From assembly GCA_023205875.1 (NCBI GenBank), contig CP060762.1:62001-126000 (forward strand): a stretch of DNA of 64,000 bases, written 5' to 3'. The translations under genes were made by a program, and so were the position numbers. A model generated the notes under the pieces. That model had not been told where the DNA came from, searched no databases, and worked only from the letters and a program-made list of their open reading frames with translations. Source of the DNA: Chloropicon primus (Eukaryota). Shown here in pieces: positions 50,971 through 61,039 of the stretch. Every line of letters begins with the position of its first letter. Position 1 is the first letter of the stretch.

Positions 50971-52701
50971 TCACTTGCTTTGAGAAGGACTGTACGTCCT
51001 GTAATCAGCATTTGCGGGCATGTTGTATCCAGGGATGGGCACGGTGCTCCTGGACTCGGGTACCTGCCAGCCCTCGCCCTTTAGCTTGTTCCGGAAGAAC
51101 TCCGGGTACTTCTTCTCTAGCTCTGTCCTGGTGTCCTCCAGGGTGAAGGGCTTGTCAAGCAGGTAGAGCGGCTCCCTGAACTCCTTTTTGTTCAGCCAGG
51201 GCGTCGGCATCAGCCTCCCTTCCACCATGGCCTTCAAGAATGCGGGAACCTGGCCCTTGCCAAGATTCTCTTCCACTTCCTCGTAGACGCTCTCCACGAA
51301 CTTTATCCGGCTGTGGCCCTTCACAGTTGAGGTGTCTATCCACTCGCTTTCCTCGCCGTGGGCAATGACGCTCAACCAGTGATGAGCGTCTCTTATGCTC
51401 TCCAGCTCGCTCACCCTCTCCTCGAGAAGCCTCGAGATCTGCAACGGGATGGCCGCTCGGTGCCTGGTGCGCTTCCCTTGGGACACACTCACATCGAGAG
51501 CAACCACCTCCTCATCCAGGTCTTGCCTGTGCAGGAAAAAGTACTGGGGAACGTACAAGACCTCGCCGGGCTCCAGAATGCACTCCTTTCCCCTCACATT
51601 CTCGCCAAAGAGAGGCCAGAGACTCTTGTTGGCGTCCTCCTCGGCCTCGAAATCTACCATGCTGTACCCGTCGTAAGGGTGGTGGACGGGGTAAGGGTAC
51701 AAGCCCTCGAACGCCAAGGACGGGTCGAGCAAGAGCACCCTCGTCCTCCCCCTCACCTGCACCAAGAGCCTGTCGATGTTCTCGTACTTGCAATGGTGCA
51801 AGCTGTTCCGGGTTCCGCAGTGGAGGTGAACGTCTCTGATGCTGCCAAAATTCTGTGCCCCGAGGTAGGAGATCATCCAGGACCAGTCCACAGACCCCAT
51901 CAGGTCCCTCCTCAGGGGGCTGCCGCAGATCGGAGTGAGCTCTGGCATCGTCTCTGGCGACATGATCCTCCGGTAGTGCTCTTGCAGGCCAGCGGCGTCC
52001 TCGCCACTCGCGTCCTTCCTCCTCATCAAGGGCACCCTGGCGTGGACGTGCTTCTGCTTCCACTTCTTCGCGCAGTCCACGAACTCCCCGAACGTCGTGA
52101 CATCCCCCAATCCAATCGTCTCGGGCTCTCTCACGTGGTAGAAGGACCCGTACACATTCTTCCCCCCGTCGAGTCGAACAAACCGATTCGCGCCGTCCAT
52201 CGAGCAGAGCACTTCGACGTCCTCCTCGTCCCCGGCGGCCGCGAGGGCGCCGTTCTCCACCTCCTCGCCAGCCCCCCGGATCGTTCGCGAGAGGTACCCA
52301 AAGGTCCACTTGGTGGTCAGGGCTCTCACCACCCCGCTCGAGGTCATCACGACGGGCTCCCTCGCCCTGGAAACCTTGTGAGCCCTCTCCCTCGCCACCC
52401 CCCCGCCCCCCTTGCCCACGTCGAAACGCTCCACTCGACCACCACCAGCGACCCAATCCGGGTAGCGCCGGGGAGGAACGAACGTCTCCCCCGTCGAACC
52501 CTTGAGGAGGTGGTCCGACTGCCTTCCGGCGTGGGATGACGTGAGAAGCTTCCTTGGACCCACGCCACTCCCTTGCTTCAGCCCCCCGTCACGTCCCTCC
52601 TCCTCCCCTCCTCCTCCCCCCCTCTCCCTCCTCCTCCCTTTCCCTTTCTTCCTCTCCCTCACCACGCCCTCCCCCTTGGTCCCCGCCCTCGGCACCGCCA
52701 T
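50971..52701 (-). CDS. JmjC/cupin-8 domain protein (FIH/JMJD5-like), iron-binding motif apparently degenerate
   Basis: PVV......KWT..YL, LLVQVRGR.RV.L, LYPYP..HP.D..S.VD and LEPGEVLYVP. Confidence 0.85.
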   Translation of the reverse strand: MAVPRAGTKGEGVVRERKKGKGRRRERGGGGGEEEGRDGGLKQGSGVGPRKLLTSSHAGRQSDHLLKGSTGETFVPPRRYPDWVAGGGRVERFDVGKGGGGVARERAHKVSRAREPVVMTSSGVVRALTTKWTFGYLSRTIRGAGEEVENGALAAAGDEEDVEVLCSMDGANRFVRLDGGKNVYGSFYHVREPETIGLGDVTTFGEFVDCAKKWKQKHVHARVPLMRRKDASGEDAAGLQEHYRRIMSPETMPELTPICGSPLRRDLMGSVDWSWMISYLGAQNFGSIRDVHLHCGTRNSLHHCKYENIDRLLVQVRGRTRVLLLDPSLAFEGLYPYPVHHPYDGYSMVDFEAEEDANKSLWPLFGENVRGKECILEPGEVLYVPQYFFLHRQDLDEEVVALDVSVSQGKRTRHRAAIPLQISRLLEERVSELESIRDAHHWLSVIAHGEESEWIDTSTVKGHSRIKFVESVYEEVEENLGKGQVPAFLKAMVEGRLMPTPWLNKKEFREPLYLLDKPFTLEDTRTELEKKYPEFFRNKLKGEGWQVPESRSTVPIPGYNMPANADYRTYSPSQSK

Positions 52702-52945
52702 CTTCCTCCAACACCCTCGACCCCGGTACCAATCGAAAGAGCAAGAGATAACCCTTCCGAACCTCCCACCCTCCGCTTCCCTCCCTCTCGTCCCTCCGCG
52801 CCCTTCGCCTCTTTCTCTCTCTCTCTCTCGTGATCGATCGTGCCCGAGCGTTAAGCGTTTTTTCTCTCTCTCAAGCGTTTTTCAAAAACTCCGTGGACAG
52901 CGGAGGAGGAGGAGGGCCAAGGCGTCGCGCGTGAGGAGGAACAGC

Positions 52946-53205
52946 GGGGAAGGCGAGGGAGGAGGACGAGGAGGGAGGGGACCCACGGAAGTCTCTTTCG
53001 AAGAGGATTCCGTCGACCCAAGGGTCGAGGCAAACGACCCAAGGGGTGAGGGTTGGACGACGAGGAAACCCCAACGGAACGGCACGGCCGAGGGATTGGC
53101 ACGGCCGAGGGATTGGGACGGCCGAGGGGAAGGCGAGGGAGGAGGGAGGAGGGAAGGGACCGAGAGAAGCGTCTTTCAAAGAGAATTCCATCGACCCAAG
53201 GGTCG
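52946..53205. repeat. Diverged direct repeat pair of about 80 bp (52946-53027 and 53126-53205), offset 178-180 bp
   Basis: GGGGAAGGCGAGGGAGGAGG...TCTTTC...GA..ATTCC.TCGACCCAAGGGTCG occurs twice. Confidence 0.8.
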
Positions 53206-53290
53206 CTCCGCTCGAGGGAAGCGGCGGAAGGGGTGAACGTCCCCGTGGAAAGGCCAGGAAGGCTTTGTTGGAGAGAGAAGGCAAATCGGG

Positions 53291-54379
53291 ATGGTTTGGA
53301 CGCCGTGGGGGAGGGGAGAGCGGGACAAGGAGGGCTCGTCGCGTCGGAAGCATCGTGACAACAAGCGTCGCGGCGACGAGCTGAAGTCTGTGCTCGAGCA
53401 CGACAGGGTGGACGACGGGAAGAGGGCTTTGGAGGACTGGGCGAGGAGCTCGAGGGAGGCCCTGGAGAGGACTTCGGCGGTGGCCTCGTCGGTGAGCTCG
53501 AGGGACGTCGTGCCCTTGGCGGTCTCGTGCGCCGCGTCCCTCTCGGTGCACTGCGCGGTGCTCAAGGGCTGCCAGGTGGCTTCCGCGAGCGTCCTTCGGG
53601 TCTCGTGCGCCACGCCCGTACTCTCCACGCTCGTGGGGGGGGCGACCGTCGCCCTCGCCTCCGTCGCCTCGGGGTCGATCTCAAGAGCCTTGCAGCAGCC
53701 CTTGCTGGCGGGGGATGGCAGGCGGAGGCCCCTCTTGACGTGGGGGGACGACTCCAGCGGTGGCGGAAATAATCCCTTCTGGGAGGCCGTGCGAAGCACG
53801 ACGACGACCAAAGACGTCTTGCTGGACGCGGCGGTTGGCCTTGCGTGCTTCGCCGCGCTCGGGGGGAGGGCGAGGTCGGTTCTCGCGAGCGACGTGAGGT
53901 ACCCCGGAGCGAATGCCAGGGCGAGCATGCCGGCCGTGGGCGCTTCTTACGCGACCAAGTTCCAGAGGTCGGAGCTCCTCCGGATGCTTCGCTTGCACGG
54001 GTGCCACCACTGCGGCAAGAGGTCAGGGCCGGTGATCGCGGATCACATGCCGCCGAACCACTTCGTGGAGAAGGCCAGGCAAGGAAGTCGCAAGGGCCTG
54101 GGCTGGGTTCTCACGAAGATGAGGTTCTCTGGAAGGCTCTCTCAAAGGTTTTACCCCCAGTGCAGAGGCTGCTCCCAAAAGCAAGCCGTCGCCGTGAAGA
54201 AGAACGCAAAGTCGTTGGTGACGCACTTGGGTGGCTGGCACCCGCATTACCTGGCCGGGCCTTTCGTCATGTTCAGGACTTACGATCTGGCGAACCAGGG
54301 AACCGTGCTGCAGAATGCGCAGTCTGCAAAGGAGGAGGTAGGAAAGTTCCTGCTCGCGCAGGCGGACAAGTTCGCGTGA
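53291..54379 (+). CDS. Uncharacterised protein with hydrophobic N-terminal half and Zn-ribbon/HNH-like C-terminal domain
   Basis: GCHHCG...IADHMPPN...FYPQCRGCSQKQ, with genome-typical codon usage. Confidence 0.75.
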   Translation: MVWTPWGRGERDKEGSSRRKHRDNKRRGDELKSVLEHDRVDDGKRALEDWARSSREALERTSAVASSVSSRDVVPLAVSCAASLSVHCAVLKGCQVASASVLRVSCATPVLSTLVGGATVALASVASGSISRALQQPLLAGDGRRRPLLTWGDDSSGGGNNPFWEAVRSTTTTKDVLLDAAVGLACFAALGGRARSVLASDVRYPGANARASMPAVGASYATKFQRSELLRMLRLHGCHHCGKRSGPVIADHMPPNHFVEKARQGSRKGLGWVLTKMRFSGRLSQRFYPQCRGCSQKQAVAVKKNAKSLVTHLGGWHPHYLAGPFVMFRTYDLANQGTVLQNAQSAKEEVGKFLLAQADKFA

Positions 54380-54445
54380 AGAGCCGTGTAGCGGCTCCTA
54401 TTATTGATAATATTTTGGCCTGTATTTAATGTAGACTCTCGGTCG

Positions 54446-56446
54446 TTACGTTCGCACCGAAACGGTTGGGAGGGCCTCAACGTGCAGCTCCAAGCTCTTC
54501 AGGACTTGGCAGTCTGGCTGCAACATGGGTTGGTACTGCAGTTGTGAACTCACATTTGCTTGGAGTTGCGAAAGCGCGGAAAGATCCTCCGTGTTGACGA
54601 GCCCTTCCGGCTTCAGAAGAACTGCCCTGAAGGACTTTCCTTCCGCGCACTCGAACACGTTTGCCTTCCAAGCGAGCTGGCTTTGCCTCGAATCTAGCAT
54701 GGCCTTTGGAGCAGCATGCTTCACTTGCCACCCACTGAAATGGTGCAGCAAGGGGATTTGGATCGCGCAACTCGCAGTGTTGATCGACGTGCTCATCCTT
54801 GGCGACTTGAGCAGCTGCACGTGGAGCTCGACCCACCTCGGGGCAACCCTGATCTCGAAGAACGTCCTCGCCGGAAGCGGGAACCGATTCGGCTTCACGC
54901 TGTACCTGATCACGTCTTGCAGGGCCCCGTAACTAGGGGCGGCGCCACAGTCCAACACCAAATCTTGTGAAAGAGTCCCTCCCGCCAAGATGTGCAAGGC
55001 ACCGAGGTCTCTCAACCAGACTGGGTTCAGCTTGATCAGCGCATTCGAGACCGTGGTCCCCCGGTCACACCGAATGCCCACGCTTCCGGTGCACCGTGCC
55101 TGAAGGCACCCGGCCTTCACTTTCATGGTAATCCGCTCATTGATTATCGCCGTGGTCTTTACCCCTCCGCTCCAACGATTGGTGTCGTCGCTCCGAAACA
55201 TTGTATTGATCATGGTCATCGGGGAGTCGACCCTGATTTCGTTCGATCCACCGGCCAGGAGGCCGCGTCCAGTGCGCATCGCAGGCGGAATGACCGCCGG
55301 AACGGGTTGGAAGCCCGCTTGATGATCTTGTTCGGCCACCACTTGTTCTTCCGCAGAGAAAGGAGGTGCGGGCTCCTGGCTGAAGGAATCGGGTGAGGGG
55401 CCCTCCGCCACGTCGCTTGCGCCAAAGTTCGCTTCCAGCGCCCCAGAATCTTGCGTGGGAGGCAAGCCAAACAGGTCAAATGGATCTGCTGGTTCTGCTG
55501 CTGGTGTGATCGTCGTTTCTGGGAAACTCCCGGGCTCCGTCTGCGCAGGAGCAGCACCAATCGGAGCTGCACCGAAGTCAAGTGGATCCCTTGCATCTTC
55601 TCCTCGCACGTCCTGGTCCTGGGAGATCAGGGGCTCTGGAATGGCGCCATTGCTCGGGCCTGGTGGTTCTGCTTGCCCCCCTTCTCGCGAGCTCAACGAT
55701 TGTGGAGCAACCGTTGCCACAAGATTTGGATTCGTCCCCTCCTGCAGAACCTCTTTCGTTTCTCTCTCTTGTTCTGCGATGGGGGAAACAGCGCCGTTGG
55801 CGTCTTCCCGCGAGTCAGTGGGAGTGCAAGTTGGCTGAGGACCACCGAACATGCCACCGCCAGGTTGCGGATCTTCCACCGGCGTCGCCATGGTTGCAGA
55901 CGCCTCAGGCAGCGTCTCCGACCCTTCGTCGGGGCTCCAAGTCAGTGAGTGCGGTCGGATTTCCTGAGAAAGATCGAAGTTTTGCTTCTGGCTACCCTCG
56001 ATTGTGGTCAAGCAATCGAGACTCAGCACTTTGCGCGTGCAGTGCAGCATGTGCGGAACCAAGACAGCTTCAACGAGGGCGACAACTTTTTCAGAGTCCT
56101 TGACAATGTCCTCCATCGTGAGCCCGGCGCTCTTGGCGCTGCATCTGACTTGCAGGAGCTCCGACATAAGATTCTCCAGGGCGAACGTGTTCGTTTCCGA
56201 TGTGAACAGGTAGAGGTAACCGTCCGCAAGTTTCCCTCGAGTCGCCATCATCCTAGCGTTAAGACTTGGGATAGAGGCGTGCTCCACCTTGTTTTGGACG
56301 CTCCCGTTCGGTCTCTTCCCACTCCACTTCGATGCGGCAGAGTGCATCATCCTGAGAACATCCCCCTCGTCCGTGCCATAGCAATTGAGAGCCTTCCCCC
56401 ACGTCGTCCCGTTGTTGGTGACCACCACTGCCACTGGAGTCTCCAT
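54446..56446 (-). CDS. Adaptor-like protein: longin-like N-terminus, disordered Pro/acidic linker and mu-homology-like C-terminus (TML/TCUP-like)
   Basis: 666-aa ORF. The linker has DPF/DPLDF-type motifs and the C-terminus has a beta-rich IINERI...CTGSV.IR...YSV...LP...LAWK pattern. The family assignment is tentative. Confidence 0.55.
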   Translation of the reverse strand: METPVAVVVTNNGTTWGKALNCYGTDEGDVLRMMHSAASKWSGKRPNGSVQNKVEHASIPSLNARMMATRGKLADGYLYLFTSETNTFALENLMSELLQVRCSAKSAGLTMEDIVKDSEKVVALVEAVLVPHMLHCTRKVLSLDCLTTIEGSQKQNFDLSQEIRPHSLTWSPDEGSETLPEASATMATPVEDPQPGGGMFGGPQPTCTPTDSREDANGAVSPIAEQERETKEVLQEGTNPNLVATVAPQSLSSREGGQAEPPGPSNGAIPEPLISQDQDVRGEDARDPLDFGAAPIGAAPAQTEPGSFPETTITPAAEPADPFDLFGLPPTQDSGALEANFGASDVAEGPSPDSFSQEPAPPFSAEEQVVAEQDHQAGFQPVPAVIPPAMRTGRGLLAGGSNEIRVDSPMTMINTMFRSDDTNRWSGGVKTTAIINERITMKVKAGCLQARCTGSVGIRCDRGTTVSNALIKLNPVWLRDLGALHILAGGTLSQDLVLDCGAAPSYGALQDVIRYSVKPNRFPLPARTFFEIRVAPRWVELHVQLLKSPRMSTSINTASCAIQIPLLHHFSGWQVKHAAPKAMLDSRQSQLAWKANVFECAEGKSFRAVLLKPEGLVNTEDLSALSQLQANVSSQLQYQPMLQPDCQVLKSLELHVEALPTVSVRT

Positions 56447-56450
56447 ACTG

Positions 56451-56995
56451 ATACACTACGAAGGCCTGTGGTTGCTTGGACCTGTTTTACCGCCGCTTTC
56501 CAGTAACCCTGGGCGTGTCAGCGATCTGCTGAAAGACGATGCACGCTCTAATGAGATCCACTGCAACGCTCCCTCCTTCCCGCTTCCCGCTTCCCGTCGT
56601 CCACACGCCTCCCAAAGTCCACCTTCCCTCAATACACTACGAAGGCCTGTGGTTGCTTGGACCTGTTTTACCGCCGCTTTCCAGTAACCCTGGGCGTGTC
56701 AGCGATCTGCTGAAAGACGATGCACGCTCTAATGAGATCCACTGCAACGCTCCCTCCTTCCCGCTTCCCGCTTCCCGTCGTCCACACGCCTCCCAAAGTC
56801 CACCTTCCCTCAATACACTACGAAGGCCTGTGGTTGCTTGGACCTGTTTTACCGCCGCTTTCCAGTAACCCTGGGCGTGTCAGCGATCTGCTGAAAGACG
56901 ATGCACGCTCTAATGAGATCCACTGCCACGCTCCCTCCTTCCCGCTTCCCGCTTCCCGTCGTCCACACGCCTCCCAAAGTCCACCTTCCCTCAAT
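56451..56995. repeat. Tandem repeat, 181-bp unit x3, covering a divergent promoter and a start codon
   Basis: Units start at 56451, 56632 and 56813. One substitution is seen in copy 3. Confidence 0.97.
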
Positions 56996-58040
56996 GCTTC
57001 ACTCGTTCCTTGGGATGAATGCACCGAGGGGGACCAGAGCAGAGCCAGAGGGGATGGGGAGGAGAGAGATCTCCTTCTGGAGGGGAGGGGAAGTGCGCGC
57101 GGTGCGGGACACTCGGGAGGGAAGAGGCGTGATGAAGTCATTGGTCTTGAGGATACCTTGTACCAGGCCTCGTTGTCTTCCCTCCAGGAGGGAGGCAGGG
57201 AGAGGGAGGAGGACAGATCAGACGTTGAGATCATCATCCTCATCATCCTCATCATCCTCATCCTCATCGTCATCGTCATCGTCATCGTCAGCTTCACCCT
57301 CTTCTTCTTCTCAAAGCGACTGGCAGCTTCGACAAGCGGAGGAGTGGATGAAGGCGAAAGCGGCCGGGCTGGAGGATGACGATCTGATTGCAGCGACGTT
57401 CGGCAAGGAGACGAAGGAGGACCTTTCGGAAACGGAGCTGGCGTACGCGGACAAGCTGGTGAAGCTGATGCAGGAGAAGGTGAACACTATAAACGAAAGA
57501 GACGCGAGAGCGAGGGCGTTCATTGCGAGGGGGAAGAAGCTGTATGCCAAGGGGGGCTATGGCGAGAGCATACCGGCCTTCGAGTCAGCGATCGAGTGCA
57601 CGACTGCGGATACGCTGGTTGGAGGGGAGGCATCCATGTGGCTTGCCCTTGCGCTGGACGGCTCGGGAAAGGTGGAGCAGGCCAAAGGCATCTATTTGGA
57701 GCTCAAGGAGAACCACCCCTTGCCCTCCGTTCGATCCCAGGCTGGGGACCTGCTTTACATACTCGAGGCGCCAAAGCTGAAGATCAAGAAGGAGGAGAGG
57801 TTGATGATTCCGGACCTCTCGCAGGTCGACGAGTTCAGGAACAGGAGGAAGTCGACGAGGCCTCCTGGCGGGCCAAGGAAGGCTCCGAAGAAGGTGGTGA
57901 AGAAGAAAGACCCCACGTGGGAGGACAAGTTCGTGGCCAACTCGCGGATCATCAGAACCTTTAAGAACAGGTATGTCCAGGTTGCCTTCCTCGTCGTTTC
58001 TGCGGGGCTGTCCGTCTACTCTGCCGTGTACATCAAGTAA
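56901..58040 (+). CDS. TPR-like protein, probably plastid-targeted, with C-terminal TM helix
   Basis: Transit-like N-terminus, GKKLY.KG.Y.ES...F, GGEA.MWLALA.D..G, HP...VR.QA..LLYILEAPKL and a C-terminal hydrophobic helix. Confidence 0.75.
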   Translation: MHALMRSTATLPPSRFPLPVVHTPPKVHLPSMLHSFLGMNAPRGTRAEPEGMGRREISFWRGGEVRAVRDTREGRGVMKSLVLRIPCTRPRCLPSRREAGRGRRTDQTLRSSSSSSSSSSSSSSSSSSSSASPSSSSQSDWQLRQAEEWMKAKAAGLEDDDLIAATFGKETKEDLSETELAYADKLVKLMQEKVNTINERDARARAFIARGKKLYAKGGYGESIPAFESAIECTTADTLVGGEASMWLALALDGSGKVEQAKGIYLELKENHPLPSVRSQAGDLLYILEAPKLKIKKEERLMIPDLSQVDEFRNRRKSTRPPGGPRKAPKKVVKKKDPTWEDKFVANSRIIRTFKNRYVQVAFLVVSAGLSVYSAVYIK

Positions 58041-58088
58041 TTCTTTTAGGGGATACCATTGTTATCGTTTTGCACAATTACAACCGCT

Positions 58089-58841
58089 TCACAGGTTGCT
58101 GTCCGAGGACCAAATCAGTGCCTCGTCAGTCTCCACGACGACCGTCGACGCCTCTGCTACGTTGGAGGTGCTGACCAATTCGCCGAAGAGCAAGGGCGTG
58201 TTGTTCAGGTTCCACTTCAAGCCCTCGGTGGTGACGAGGCACTTTCGTCCCAAGGGAATCAGCGAGCACCCCGGCCCTTGCACATCCGGATCCACGCGCA
58301 CCTCGCTCTTGCCGGGGCCAAGGACTCTGGCCAAGGAGCAATCACCCACCAGGACGGAATTCAAGTGCGAGTACTTCATCATCACGTGCAAGTTTGACAT
58401 CTCCCTGTCCCACTTGCCCCCGAACCCCCCCAAGATCACCAGGACGTCTTCCGCCCCGGCCGCTCCGTCGTTGTCGCTGTCCCGCCAAAGCTCGGTGCGT
58501 TCCAACAAGACCCTGTAGCACTTGTCGAGGTCCGTGGTGTCTTGGTCCGGCGACAGGTCCACGACTTGGGTTCCCTCGCGACGGTAAAAGTCAAGCGTAT
58601 CTCCCGTGACCGAGTCGAGGTCCCCGACGATGAAGTGAGGCGGAGGGCACCTCTCGATGCCCAAGTCCCTCAGTCGCGAAGCACCTCCATCCGCGCAAAC
58701 TCTGGTTGTGGCCTGCTTCCAGAGACGCTCGGTACACTTTGGCAAGTCATGGTTCAGCAGGAGCACGCACGTGTTCCCCCTCCCGGACCAATCCCTCCTC
58801 AGGAATTCGGTCCCGACCGCCCTCGGAGCTGAAGGGGCCAT
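58089..58841 (-). CDS. TPK1: Thiamine pyrophosphokinase
   Basis: VCADGGA, VGDLDS, DQDTTDLDK, GGFGGKWD, TEGLKWNL and LVSTSN. Confidence 0.95.
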   Translation of the reverse strand: MAPSAPRAVGTEFLRRDWSGRGNTCVLLLNHDLPKCTERLWKQATTRVCADGGASRLRDLGIERCPPPHFIVGDLDSVTGDTLDFYRREGTQVVDLSPDQDTTDLDKCYRVLLERTELWRDSDNDGAAGAEDVLVILGGFGGKWDREMSNLHVMMKYSHLNSVLVGDCSLARVLGPGKSEVRVDPDVQGPGCSLIPLGRKCLVTTEGLKWNLNNTPLLFGELVSTSNVAEASTVVVETDEALIWSSDSNL

Positions 58842-58930
58842 CGGGAACGACTCAAACCACTCCGTCCCTTTACGACCTCGGCATCACCGTCCACTCACCT
58901 TCCACTTGCCATCATCCACATATCCAAACC

Positions 58931-59209
58931 CAAGGGGAAAGAGGTCGTTTCAGTCTCTCCTCTCCTCGCCAGGACGGCGTTCGTTTCAAGCGACCGCATT
59001 TTGGAAAGAGAAAGACGCAAGGATTCCATCAGTCGCTTAATGGACTCGCCCACTCCCCTCCCTCAACCTCAGCACCGCCAGCACTCACCTCTTCACCTCT
59101 GTTGAAACTCAAGGGGAAAGAGGTCGTTTCAGTCTCTCCTCTCCTCGCCAGGACGGCGTTCGTTTCAAGCGACCGCATTTTGGAAAGAGGAAGACGCAAG
59201 GATTCCATC
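58931..59209. repeat. 100-bp direct repeat pair (58931-59030 and 59110-59209), offset 179 bp
   Basis: CAAGGGGAAAGAGGTCG...GGATTCCATC occurs twice with one mismatch seen. It lies between the divergent TPK and RPB8 genes. Confidence 0.95.
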
Positions 59210-59415
59210 GGTAACCTTTCCCCTGCCACCCGTCTTCGTCCTCGTCCTCCCTCGCCCACCATCCACTCACCTTGGCTTGGTCCTCCGCTTAGAGAGAGAG
59301 AGAGAAGAGAGAGAGAGGCCAGCGCCGCACGGGAGGAGGCGACGAAGGGGTGTTGTCCTTAGAGAGCGGTCGAAGGGGGGTTGTCACAAGCTGAGTGGGG
59401 CGGAGGGTCTTCACC

Positions 59416-60302
59416 ATGGATGTGGAAGTCGAAGGAGTTCAGTTCGAGGATGACTTTGAGATTAACGAAAAGGATCCGGACGGGAAGAAGTTCGATAGAG
59501 GTGAGGCTCAAGTCCAATCGAGTCCACCACCAACTCCAAGTTGTTGCTACTGGTGGCGGTGGTGGAGCGGAAGGGGGAGAGAGGGGCGAGGGGATTGGGC
59601 GAGGTGTTCGAATCGTTCGTGTGTGTGGACGCCAAGCCTTGACGTCGCAAGCGTTGGGTTGATTTCGTTTCATTTCATTTCATTTCGTTTCGTTTCGTTT
59701 CATCGAGACTGACACAATAAAACGTCTTGCTGCCTTTGCCTCTTGCCGGTGTGCAGTCTCGAGGTACATCTGCCAGAGCGATCTGTACGATATGAATCTG
59801 ACCTTGGACGTGAACACGGAGATCTACCCTCTGAGCGTCGGCGAGCGCATCAAACTGATGCTGACCAACACGCTAGAGGGTGAGCAGAACGCTTCCGGCG
59901 AGGCGGTTTGGGAACAGGTAAGGAGGCTAGCGCCACTCCAGGAGCCAATGCAGTGTGTCTCGTGTTCGGCGTCTTTCAGGTGGTCAATGGCTCCCCCAAC
60001 CTCCCCTCTCGGTGGAGGAAACCCACTTCTGAGCTCTCACACGAAGAGTCTGTCTCCTTTGACTGACGACGCCTTTGCTCGCTCGCTTGGCACAGACGGG
60101 CACGCAGATGGACGACTTTGAGTACGTGATGCACGGGAAGATCTTCAAGATAGAGACGAGTCAAAACGTCGACAACCAGCAAAAGCTTTACATCTCTTTT
60201 GGAGGCCTTCTCATGCTTTTGGTTGGGGACGCCAAACCTCTCGAGCAGTTCAAGCTGGATATGTACGTATACCTCATGGTGAAGAAGCTGGCCGCGAACT
60301 AA
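59416..60302 (+). CDS. RPB8: RNA polymerase I/II/III common subunit RPB8; exons 59416-59500, 59757-59917 and 60096-60302
   Basis: FEDDF...DPDGKKFDR|VSR...MNLTLDVNTEIYPL...|DDFEYVMHGKIFK...YISFGGLLMLL.G. Both GT-AG introns join in frame. Confidence 0.96.
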
Positions 60303-60454
60303 GCGTTCGCTCCACACGGGACCCCCAAAAAATAAAAATAAAGAAAACAAATTGTTTTGTCACAATAAAAAGTATCGTCGAGTGCGGTTGCACACATTTA
60401 ATTTACGTTTTGGTCATTGGGCGCGCGCGTTCCAATCCCTTGCTCCCGGTTATC

Positions 60455-61039
60455 CTACTCCTCAGTGGAGAAGATGGCGGCCTTGATCTCGTTGATGGAG
60501 GCGACCTCCTTCCCTTCCAGCGCAGAGTTGAGGCGGTCCTTCATGCTTCCCGTGACGCTCTCATCCCTCGTGGACAGGAACTCGAGGACTCCTATGATTT
60601 TCGAGACTGGTAAGTGGTGCTCCGAGCCCAGCACGTCGAAGGTCAGCTCAAGAAGGTTCTCTAGGTTGCTCGCGACCATCGTCAGCAGCAGGACCACGGC
60701 GTTGGCCGTGTCAAAGTCAGGAGAGTCCAGGGTGAAGGCCCTCTCTAAGATTTCCGGCGAGATGCCCACCTGCGTGCACACCTTGGCGAAGTCCCCGGCG
60801 GTCGGGTTCGCAATCTGAGCCATGGTGGCGTTCACCTCCTTGATCTGACCCAAGTCTGGCGTGGCATCCACGACCAGGTTGGTCGAGTAGTCTGCAAGCT
60901 TCGTGAAGTAGTTCACAGAAAAGGCTATGATGTCTTCCGGGTTCGCCCTTATCACCTCCTTCGTGTACGCTTTCAGGGCGTCCGCCAAGTTGGGCGGTAT
61001 CTTGATCTGCTCCGCGCAGTAGATTGGTTCAATGTCCAT
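60455..61039 (-). CDS. RSP11: Radial spoke protein 11/ropporin-like (RIIa dimerisation-docking domain)
   Basis: MDIEPIYCAEQIKIPPNLADALKAYTKEVIRANPEDIIAFSVNYF matches the RSP11/ROPN1L N-terminus. Confidence 0.85.
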   Translation of the reverse strand: MDIEPIYCAEQIKIPPNLADALKAYTKEVIRANPEDIIAFSVNYFTKLADYSTNLVVDATPDLGQIKEVNATMAQIANPTAGDFAKVCTQVGISPEILERAFTLDSPDFDTANAVVLLLTMVASNLENLLELTFDVLGSEHHLPVSKIIGVLEFLSTRDESVTGSMKDRLNSALEGKEVASINEIKAAIFSTEE

